A stretch of 64,000 nt of DNA from Reinekea sp. (lineage in GTDB: Bacteria; Pseudomonadota; Gammaproteobacteria; Pseudomonadales; Natronospirillaceae), in NCBI RefSeq assembly GCF_046710285.1, contig NZ_JBKEGY010000018.1, positions 1,904-65,903 on the forward strand, written 5' to 3'. Position numbers and translations under genes: made by a program. Under the pieces are notes generated by a model. That model searched no databases. It was not told where the DNA came from and worked only from the letters and a program-made list of their open reading frames with translations. Below, one piece after another: positions 56,537 to 64,000 of this stretch (position 1 is its first letter; each line of letters opens with the position of its first letter).

Positions 56537-58420
56537 ATGTCTCAGCGCAATATACAAGTATTATCACCTCGACTCGCCAACCAAATTGCCGCCGGTGAAG
56601 TGGTTGAACGGCCAGCATCTGTTGTTAAAGAGCTGATCGAGAACAGCTTAGATGCGGGTGCAACACGTATTGATATCGAAATTGAACAAGGCGGTATTAA
56701 ACTGATTCGAGTGCGTGATAACGGTTCTGGTATCGGCAAAGATGATTTGCCGCTTTCTTTAGCTCGCCATGCTACTTCAAAAGTATATTCGCTCGATGAG
56801 TTAGAAGCTTTAGGTTCGTTAGGCTTTCGCGGTGAAGCCCTAGCATCGGTCGCCTCAGTGTCACGCTTAACATTAACCAGTAAGCCCGTTGCGCAAGAAA
56901 CAGCTTGGCAAGTTCAAAGTCATGGTCGTGATATGGACAGTGAGGTGACTCCCGCAGCTCACACCGATGGCACAACAGTTGAAGTACGCGATCTTTTTTT
57001 TAACACGCCAGCAAGGCGAAAGTTTCTACGCACCGATAAAACAGAATTCAATCACTTAGAAGAAGTGATAAAGCGCCAGGCTTTGTCTCGTTTTGATGTC
57101 GCTTTTTCACTGCGGCACAATAACAAAACCATTCACTCGCTACGCCCCGCGCCATCAACAGCCGAACAGCAACGTAGAATTGCTCAATTGCTGAAGCCTG
57201 AGTTTATGCAGAACTCACTTATTATAGATACCGAGCGCGCGGGTTTGAAAATGCAAGGTTGGGTCGGCTTGCCAACATTCTCACGGTCAATGGCTGACAT
57301 GCAGTATTTCTTTGTTAATGGCCGAGTCGTGCGCGATAAGGTTATTGCTCACGCTGTTAAGCAAGCGTATCGAGATGTGCTTTATCATGGTCGTCAGCCA
57401 TGCTTTGTCTTGTATTTAGAATTAGATTCCTCAGGTGTCGATGTTAACGTGCACCCAACCAAGCACGAAGTCCGTTTTCGAGACCAACGTCTAGTGCATG
57501 ATTTCTTGTTTTCTCAATTGCATCATGCTTTAGCGCAAGCTCGCCCAGGAGGCGACCTTAACCCAGAGCAGCCAGCAATCGCTGGGCAGCCGGAGCCGTT
57601 CGAAAGAGTAACGGGTCAACAAGTTGGAGAGTTTGCTGGGCAGCACAGTTTAATGATGCCAACCGGACCTTCTCAATATCGAACCGATGCTAACGAAAAT
57701 ACCCCTGTTGGAGATCAAGTCGCCTTCTATCAAACCTTGCAGCAGCCTGCATCTGGTAGCTCTTCAGATTCTTTTCAAGCTCTAAACCAAGGCGGAGGTT
57801 CAGCTGCCGCGCTACCAGAGACAGAAAACAAAGACATTCCACCTCTGGGCTTTGCCTTAGCGCAATTGCACGGGGTGTTTATATTATCGCAAAGTGAGCA
57901 AGGCTTAATACTGGTTGATATGCACGCAGCCCACGAACGTATTACCTATGAGCGGCTCAAACGCCAATACGATGAACAAGGCGTGCAAACCCAGCCTATG
58001 TTGGTACCGTTGAAGGTTTCTGTGAGCGAGCGCGAGGCGGATGCTGCAGAAGAGTTTAACGAACTACTTAAGCAGTTTGGTATTGATGCTGCACGTATTT
58101 CTCCCGAAACCTTGATTGTTCGCCAAGTTCCTGTGTATTTACAGCAAGCCGATGTCGATCCCTTGGTTCGAAGTTTATTGGCCGACTTTATTGCACACGA
58201 GAGTTCTGACGGTGTCATTGCACATCGCAATGAAATATTATCGAGTATGGCTTGTCACGGTTCAGTGCGAGCAAACAGAAAGCTAACTATTCCTGAAATG
58301 AACGGATTGTTGAGAGATATGGAGCGTACCGAGCGCAGCGGTCAATGTAATCATGGCCGACCAACGTGGACGCAGTTGAATATGTCTGAGCTTGATAAGC
58401 TGTTTATGAGAGGCCGCTAG
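56537..58420 (+). CDS. mutL: DNA mismatch repair protein MutL
   Basis: [47 protein letters not shown], and a C-terminal dimerisation domain. Confidence 0.97.
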   Translation: MSQRNIQVLSPRLANQIAAGEVVERPASVVKELIENSLDAGATRIDIEIEQGGIKLIRVRDNGSGIGKDDLPLSLARHATSKVYSLDELEALGSLGFRGEALASVASVSRLTLTSKPVAQETAWQVQSHGRDMDSEVTPAAHTDGTTVEVRDLFFNTPARRKFLRTDKTEFNHLEEVIKRQALSRFDVAFSLRHNNKTIHSLRPAPSTAEQQRRIAQLLKPEFMQNSLIIDTERAGLKMQGWVGLPTFSRSMADMQYFFVNGRVVRDKVIAHAVKQAYRDVLYHGRQPCFVLYLELDSSGVDVNVHPTKHEVRFRDQRLVHDFLFSQLHHALAQARPGGDLNPEQPAIAGQPEPFERVTGQQVGEFAGQHSLMMPTGPSQYRTDANENTPVGDQVAFYQTLQQPASGSSSDSFQALNQGGGSAAALPETENKDIPPLGFALAQLHGVFILSQSEQGLILVDMHAAHERITYERLKRQYDEQGVQTQPMLVPLKVSVSEREADAAEEFNELLKQFGIDAARISPETLIVRQVPVYLQQADVDPLVRSLLADFIAHESSDGVIAHRNEILSSMACHGSVRANRKLTIPEMNGLLRDMERTERSGQCNHGRPTWTQLNMSELDKLFMRGR

Positions 58421-58421
58421 A

Positions 58422-59384
58422 TTGACTAAGCCAAGCGCTATTTTTTTGATGGGTCCGACCGCCGCCGGTAAGACAGACCTTGCTTTATCGCTAGTTGAGC
58501 AGGGTCAGTGTGAAATTATCTCTGTCGATTCAGCGCAGGTTTTTAAAGGCATGGATATTGGTGCTGCAAAACCTGATGCACAAACGCTTGCTCGCGCCCC
58601 GCACCACCTGATTGATATTCGTGACCCTGCAGAAAGCTATTCAGCAGTAGAGTTTCGCAAAGATGCATTAAAAGTCATGGCTGAAATTACCAGTCGAGGC
58701 AATACTCCCTTGTTAACTGGCGGCACCATGCTTTACTTCAAAACGCTGGTCGAGCCGATGGCTGACTTACCACCTGGCGATGAAAGTATTCGCAAGCAGC
58801 TGCAGACAACTTTTGAAACGAAAGGGTTAATACCCTTGCTCGTTGAATTAGAGCAAAATGATCCAATTGCTTTTGCAAAAATTGACCAAAAGAATCCACA
58901 ACGTGTGCAGCGCGCGCTCGAAGTGTTCCGCATTACCGGTAAACCTATTTCTAGTTTTTGGGCAAAAGGTGTTCATGACGGCAAAGGATCTTTGGCGCAA
59001 GCAGCCGTGACTGACTTTCCTTATCGATTAAAGCAGTTTGCCGTGATACCCAATGACCGAAAAGTGCTACACCAGCGAATTGCTTTGCGCTTTCAGCAAA
59101 TGATTGACCAAGGTTTCGAACAAGAAGTACGGGCGCTCTATGATCGCGGCGACTTGCACCTCGATTTACCGTCAATGCGTTGTGTAGGCTATCGGCAAAT
59201 GTGGCAATACTTTGAAGGCGAGTTGAGTTTTGATGAGATGATTGAGCGTGGAGTGATTGCAACCCGGCAGCTAGCAAAGCGGCAGTTAACTTGGTTGCGA
59301 GGTTGGCCTAATTTAACCGTTTTCGATACAACAACTGGCTCGTCTGATACGTATGCAGAACAAATTCTCAAAAATGAGCTTTGA
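58422..59384 (+). CDS. miaA: tRNA dimethylallyltransferase
   Basis: LMGPTAAGKT, SVDSAQVFKGMDIGAAKP, HHLIDI and GGTMLYFK, with a TTG start. Confidence 0.95.
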   Translation: MTKPSAIFLMGPTAAGKTDLALSLVEQGQCEIISVDSAQVFKGMDIGAAKPDAQTLARAPHHLIDIRDPAESYSAVEFRKDALKVMAEITSRGNTPLLTGGTMLYFKTLVEPMADLPPGDESIRKQLQTTFETKGLIPLLVELEQNDPIAFAKIDQKNPQRVQRALEVFRITGKPISSFWAKGVHDGKGSLAQAAVTDFPYRLKQFAVIPNDRKVLHQRIALRFQQMIDQGFEQEVRALYDRGDLHLDLPSMRCVGYRQMWQYFEGELSFDEMIERGVIATRQLAKRQLTWLRGWPNLTVFDTTTGSSDTYAEQILKNEL

Positions 59385-59672
59385 AGTCAAGTTTGTCTAA
59401 ATTAGAACCTAATAAAAGCGAGTTTTGAAGGCGCTAACTGCCATAAGTCATCATCTTTAACTAAAATGGTTAAATAAACTGTATATAACTACCACTCCTT
59501 CGTGAAAATCAACTAGAATTCATTTCAGAATATTACGAGTGCGGCTAATCCAGACTTTATGTTGCCTGAAATGGTGTTTTAATCATTCATAGGCACGCTG
59601 GAGCATTCAATTGCATAATTATGTTTTAGAAGTAGCCGATAATTACATCCTTCATATTAAAAGGAGCACACC

Positions 59673-59915
59673 ATGTCAAAAGGGCAGTCTCTACAAGACC
59701 CTTTCCTAAACGCACTTCGCAAAGAGCGTATTCCTGTTTCCATCTTTTTAGTGAACGGAATCAAATTGCAAGGTCAAATCGAAAGCTTTGACCAATTTGT
59801 AATTCTTCTGCGTAATACTGTTAGCCAAATGGTATATAAACATGCGATCTCGACCGTTGTGCCAGCGCGCAATGTCAAAGTATCGCTAGATGGCGAAGAA
59901 GCAACCGTCGAATAA
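59673..59915 (+). CDS. hfq: RNA chaperone Hfq
   Basis: [46 protein letters not shown]...[11 protein letters not shown]. Confidence 0.98.
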   Translation: MSKGQSLQDPFLNALRKERIPVSIFLVNGIKLQGQIESFDQFVILLRNTVSQMVYKHAISTVVPARNVKVSLDGEEATVE

Positions 59916-59972
59916 AGCAGGCGTTGTTTATTTTTCTCTTAGCCCGGCATGACCGGGCATCGGAGTTTGTGA

Positions 59973-61286
59973 TTGTTTTTTGAACGTGTAGAAGGCGGTA
60001 AACGAGCCGTATTAGTTCACGTAGATTTTCCCGAGTCAGAACATCGTGAAGATCCCGTTGAATTTGAAGAATTAGTCGTTTCGGCGGGAGCAGACCCTGT
60101 CACTTACATTCGTGGCGTGCGTACTACTCCCGACCCAAAATACTTTGTGGGAACCGGCAAGTTAGAAGAAATTCGAGAGGCCGTAATTGCCCTTGAAGCC
60201 GATGTCGTGTTGTTTAACCACGCATTAAGCCCATCGCAAGAGCGAAATATTGAAGAAATCATTGAAGCACGGGTCGTTGATCGTACTGGGCTTATTTTAG
60301 ATATTTTTGCGCAAAGAGCGCGTACCCATGAAGGTAAGCTGCAAGTTGAGCTTGCCCAAATTCAGCATCAAAGCACCCGCTTGGTTAGAGGCTGGACTCA
60401 CCTTGACCGACAAAAAGGGGGGATTGGCTTAAAGGGAACGGGTGAAACACAGCTAGAATCAGATAGACGATTGCTGAGTATCCGGGTTTCGACGATCAAT
60501 AAAAAATTAGAAAAAGTGCAACGCCAGCGAAATCAAAGCCGGCGTGCGCGAGTTCGATCAGATATCGCAACTGTATCGTTAGTTGGCTATACCAACGCGG
60601 GCAAATCGACTCTTTTCAATCACTTGACAGATGCCGACGTATACGCCGCAAACCAGCTGTTTGCAACGCTTGACCCAACATTGAGGCGCTTAGATATACC
60701 TGATATGGGTGAAATTGTTTTGGCCGATACGGTTGGTTTTATCCGACACCTCCCCCATAAACTAGTAGAAGCTTTTAAATCGACCCTGCAAGAAACAGCA
60801 GAAGCCGACTTATTGTTGCATGTTGTTGATTGTGCGGATGAGGATCGACTCGCTAATATTGAGCAAGTTGAGCTTGTTTTGGACGAAATTGGCTCTTCTG
60901 ATGTTCCGCGCTTGGAAGTTTTCAACAAGATTGATATGTTGGACAACTTTGAGCCTGCCATCGAGCGCAATGATGAAGGTAAGCCAGTCCGTGTCTGGGT
61001 ATCTGCCAAGACCGGTCAGGGTACGTCATTAGTATTGGGAGCCATAGGTGAGTTATTGGGCGATGATGTTATTGCGCAGTCAATTACCTTGGAGCCACAT
61101 GAGTTAGCACTGCGAGCGGCGTTGCATGAGTACAACGCAGTTTTAGCCGAAAGCTACGACGATGTCGGAAATGCGGTGATTGATATCCGCATGCAAAAGA
61201 AAGATTTTAAGCAATTGCTTAAACGTCATCATTTATCTGAAGAACGTTTTGGTGTTGCACGAGAAAAAGAGTTTTTTGAAAAATAG
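59973..61286 (+). CDS. hflX: GTPase HflX
   Basis: An HflX N-domain (IILDIFAQRARTHEGKLQVELAQ), G1 GYTNAGKSTLFN and G3 DTVGF, with a TTG start. Confidence 0.95.
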   Translation: MFFERVEGGKRAVLVHVDFPESEHREDPVEFEELVVSAGADPVTYIRGVRTTPDPKYFVGTGKLEEIREAVIALEADVVLFNHALSPSQERNIEEIIEARVVDRTGLILDIFAQRARTHEGKLQVELAQIQHQSTRLVRGWTHLDRQKGGIGLKGTGETQLESDRRLLSIRVSTINKKLEKVQRQRNQSRRARVRSDIATVSLVGYTNAGKSTLFNHLTDADVYAANQLFATLDPTLRRLDIPDMGEIVLADTVGFIRHLPHKLVEAFKSTLQETAEADLLLHVVDCADEDRLANIEQVELVLDEIGSSDVPRLEVFNKIDMLDNFEPAIERNDEGKPVRVWVSAKTGQGTSLVLGAIGELLGDDVIAQSITLEPHELALRAALHEYNAVLAESYDDVGNAVIDIRMQKKDFKQLLKRHHLSEERFGVAREKEFFEK

Positions 61287-61380
61287 GGCTGTTCTTCTAA
61301 TAGGGTGATTTAGATAAACCATCTAAAGCATCGGGGTAGACGTATAATATTAAACTGACTATTAACTAACGGAGTTAACC

Positions 61381-62571
61381 ATGGCGTGGAATGAACCACC
61401 AGGTGGCAATAACGATCAGGACCCTTGGGGTAACCGAGATCGTAATAAAAAGAATGACGGCCCACCAGAACTAGACGATATCATCAAAGATATTAACCAA
61501 AAGCTAAACAAATGGTTTGGCGGTGGTAGTGGCGGTAAAGGAGGCGATGGTAAAAATACCTCCGGTGGTAGCGGTATGGGACCAGTGCTTGCAATATTGG
61601 TTGTCGGCGCCTTAGTGTTTACTGGCTTTAATTCAGTTTACACCGTCGACGAATCTGAGCGTGCTGTTGTATTGCGTTTAGGTGAATTCTCGCGTGTTGA
61701 AACACCGGGTTTGCAGTTTAAAATCCCATATGTTGATCAAATAGCGAGCAAAGTGAACGTGACTCAGATTCGAGAGCACAGCTTGCAAAACTCAATGCTA
61801 ACAGCCGATGAAAACATCGTGACGGTCTCAATGACGGTGGAATATTTAGCCGCAGATGCACAGAGTTATGCATTGAACGTGCGTGATCCTGAGTCTACGA
61901 TGACTCATGCTGCAGAATCTGCGTTGCGTCACGTAGTCGGTTCGGCACGTTTAGAGCAAATCTTAACGACAGGTCGTGATCAAGTACAAGCGTTAGTTAA
62001 GGATCGTTTGCAAGACTATCTCGATGCTTATGATGTTGGTATTACACTCGCAGAATTGAAAATTACCGATGCATCGCCTCCAAGTGCGGTTCAAGATGCG
62101 TTCGATGATGTCATTAAAGCGCGAGAAGATCAGCAGCGATTAGTGAACGAAGCTCAAACTTATGCGAACGGTATTGTACCGGTTGCTCAAGGCCAGGCGG
62201 CTCGTCAAATTGCGGAAGCCGAAGCATTTCGTCAGGAAGTCATTGCACGTGCAACGGGTGAAGCGGATCGTTTCTCAGCTTTATACGCGGAGTACAACAA
62301 AGCACCTGAGATTACTCGTCAGCGTTTGTACTTAGATACACTTGAAGGTATCTACGCCAACAGCAGTAAGGTGTTGATGGATGTAGAAGGTGGTAACAAC
62401 ATGATGTATTTGCCTTTAGATCAGCTACTTAAAGGTCAAACAGCAGCAGCTGCTAACAGTCTTACATCTGGTGGATCAAGCACGAGTAGTGTGAGTAATA
62501 TGAGTCAGACTGATGTTAGTGATCTAACTGATCAAATTTTGCGCGAAATCAATCGCCGAAATAACCAATAA
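61381..62571 (+). CDS. hflK: FtsH protease modulator HflK
   Basis: MAWNEPPGGNNDQDPWG, a Gly-rich linker, a transmembrane segment and an SPFH domain (ERAVVLRLGEF). Confidence 0.93.
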   Translation: MAWNEPPGGNNDQDPWGNRDRNKKNDGPPELDDIIKDINQKLNKWFGGGSGGKGGDGKNTSGGSGMGPVLAILVVGALVFTGFNSVYTVDESERAVVLRLGEFSRVETPGLQFKIPYVDQIASKVNVTQIREHSLQNSMLTADENIVTVSMTVEYLAADAQSYALNVRDPESTMTHAAESALRHVVGSARLEQILTTGRDQVQALVKDRLQDYLDAYDVGITLAELKITDASPPSAVQDAFDDVIKAREDQQRLVNEAQTYANGIVPVAQGQAARQIAEAEAFRQEVIARATGEADRFSALYAEYNKAPEITRQRLYLDTLEGIYANSSKVLMDVEGGNNMMYLPLDQLLKGQTAAAANSLTSGGSSTSSVSNMSQTDVSDLTDQILREINRRNNQ

Positions 62572-62582
62572 GGAGTTCAAAC

Positions 62583-63512
62583 ATGAATGGTAAAAGTTCT
62601 TTAGCAATCATCGTTTTAGCCTTGGTTATTATTGGTGGTTTAAGCAGTTTATATATAGTCGACGAGCGTGAAAGCGCGATTCGTTTACGTTTCAGTGAAG
62701 TCGTTGAGTCAGGTATTGAGCCTGGGTTGCATTTTAAAATGCCACTTATTGATGAAATTAAGCGCTTCGATATACGCTTGATCACTCTTGATTCTCAATC
62801 AGAGCGCTTCATTACCAGTGAGCAGAAAAGTCTAGAAGTAGACTCTTACGTTCAATGGCGTATCAGTGATACTTCAATGTTCTATACAGCCAACAGTGGT
62901 GGTGATTACTTCCGCGCTAACCAAGTGTTAGGTTCTCGTGTCAACGCAGCCCTGCGTGATGCCTTTGGTGATAAGTCACTTCGTGAAGTAGTGACCGGCT
63001 TAAGAAATGATGAAGCCTTACCAGATGCCAATAATATCGATTCTGATTACGGTCAACGAGATATATTGATGCAGAACGTGTTAGAGAAAGTTAATACCGT
63101 TGCTAAATCTCAATTGGGTATTGAAGTTATTGATATTCGCGTTAAAGCGATTGACTTGCCTCAGGAAGTGTCAGCAGACGTTTTCCGTCGTATGCGTTCG
63201 GATCGTGAACAGGAAGCTCGAAAGTTCCGCTCTGAAGGTCAGCGTCAGGCTGAAATTATTCAGGCAACGGCAGATCAGACTCGAACCATTGAGTTGGCTA
63301 ACGCATTCCGTGAATCTGAGCAAATTAAGGGTTCTGGTGATGCTGAAGCTGCGGCTATTTATGCGAGAGCTTATAGCCAAGACGAGGAATTCTATGCATT
63401 TTATCGAAGCTTAAGTGCGTACCGTAATTCCTTTAATGGTGGAAAAGATATCTTGGTTCTTGAGCCAGAGAGCGACTTCTTCCGTTACTTGAACAATCAA
63501 AGCGGAAACTAG
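62583..63512 (+). CDS. hflC: FtsH protease modulator HflC
   Basis: An N-terminal transmembrane segment and an SPFH domain (YIVDERESAIRLRFSEV, GIEVIDIRVKAIDLP), following hflK. Confidence 0.93.
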   Translation: MNGKSSLAIIVLALVIIGGLSSLYIVDERESAIRLRFSEVVESGIEPGLHFKMPLIDEIKRFDIRLITLDSQSERFITSEQKSLEVDSYVQWRISDTSMFYTANSGGDYFRANQVLGSRVNAALRDAFGDKSLREVVTGLRNDEALPDANNIDSDYGQRDILMQNVLEKVNTVAKSQLGIEVIDIRVKAIDLPQEVSADVFRRMRSDREQEARKFRSEGQRQAEIIQATADQTRTIELANAFRESEQIKGSGDAEAAAIYARAYSQDEEFYAFYRSLSAYRNSFNGGKDILVLEPESDFFRYLNNQSGN

Positions 63513-63556
63513 CTAAAATTCACTGGTTTCAAATGGAACCACGTGTATAATCTTGC

Positions 63557-63582
63557 AACCGGGCCAGTCGCCCGGTTTTTTT
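63557..63582 (+). terminator. Rho-independent terminator after hflC
   Basis: AACCGGGC-cagtc-GCCCGGTT followed by TTTTT. Confidence 0.8.
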
Positions 63583-63619
63583 GTGCCTTAATTTTATCAA
63601 CCATGGGACAATGCGTAGC

Positions 63620-64000
63620 ATGACCATCGCAGAACGCTGGTTACTACCAGACGGTATTGAAGAGATACTACCCCCGGAAGCCGCTCGTATAGAGGCTTTA
63701 CGCCGAACTCTACTCGATGAATACCGAGTTTGGGGTTACGATTTACTGCAACCACCAATCGCAGAATATTTAGAATCCTTACTTACCGGAGTCGGACACG
63801 ACCTAGATTTGCTCACCTTTAAAATCACCGATCAGTTAAGCGGTCGTTTAATGGGTATTAGCACGGATCGAACACAACAAGTCGCACGAATGGATGCCCA
63901 CTCAATACCTAAATTGGGCGTTGCTCGTTATTGTTACTATGGCGAAGTGTTGCACACCAAACCTATCCATCTATTATCTAGCCGCAGCCCACTGCAAATT
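63620..64000 (+). CDS. hisZ: ATP phosphoribosyltransferase regulatory subunit HisZ (3' end outside window)
   Basis: [32 protein letters not shown]....GY.L..PP..EY.ESL matches the HisZ N-terminus pattern. The hflKC-hisZ order matches Pseudomonas-like gammaproteobacteria. Confidence 0.85.
   Translation, partial: MTIAERWLLPDGIEEILPPEAARIEALRRTLLDEYRVWGYDLLQPPIAEYLESLLTGVGHDLDLLTFKITDQLSGRLMGISTDRTQQVARMDAHSIPKLGVARYCYYGEVLHTKPIHLLSSRSPLQI

Noticed and set aside
4834-59384. Apparent concentration of tRNA-modification genes (trmK, tsaD, thiI, queG, tsaE, miaA).
   Set aside because: Each sits in its usual conserved neighbourhood (rpsU/tsaD, queG/tsaE-amiB-mutL-miaA-hfq), so the density is explained by ordinary synteny rather than by a functional island.
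1-64000. Search for defence islands, toxin-antitoxin pairs, prophage or IS elements, tRNA/rRNA genes and CRISPR arrays.
   Set aside because: No integrase, transposase, nuclease/helicase/reverse-transcriptase defence hallmarks, cloverleaf-like sequences or spacer-repeat arrays were seen. The GNAT gene at 42677 has no small RHH/antitoxin partner.

Overview
This 64-kb window reads as core chromosome of a marine-type gammaproteobacterium (taxon and roughly mid-40s % GC are impressions, not computed). It is densely coding and largely made of conserved housekeeping blocks. In order these are: holA' / argP-argO; a small alpha-glucosidase-maa module; ibpA; trmK; the rpsU-yqeY-dnaG-rpoD macromolecular-synthesis operon; tsaD-folB-folK; ygiQ; glnA; thiI; yibN-grxC-secB opposite gpmI-envC-ctpA-yibQ; queG opposite tsaE-amiB-mutL-miaA-hfq-hflX-hflK-hflC-hisZ'. 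I see no rRNA, tRNA, CRISPR array, transposase, integrase, prophage or recognisable defence-system genes, and no convincing new multi-gene system. The unusual content is mostly non-coding or in gene arrangement. (1) A ~7.7-kb block (fadE, a decayed secreted-esterase pseudogene, a PAS-GAF-PAS-GGDEF-EAL gene) lies between rpsU and tsaD, which are normally adjacent. It is bounded by inverted copies of the same 18-mer and 12-mer words. (2) Three tandem ~160-220-bp two-hairpin repeats sit just upstream of tsaD. (3) A family of ~100-bp palindromic MITE/REP-like elements is present in four copies, with compensatory changes in the terminal stems. (4) Three repeat families share a CATGGATG/CATCCATG mini-hairpin core. 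(5) A POTRA-less Omp85-type barrel gene is translationally coupled to a voltage-gated K+ channel that carries a C-terminal zinc ribbon. (6) There is an orphan 497-aa low-complexity protein. (7) A 28-codon ORF with a strong Shine-Dalgarno lies upstream of an ABC-F ATPase gene. All product calls come from motif recognition in the supplied translations, not from database searches.
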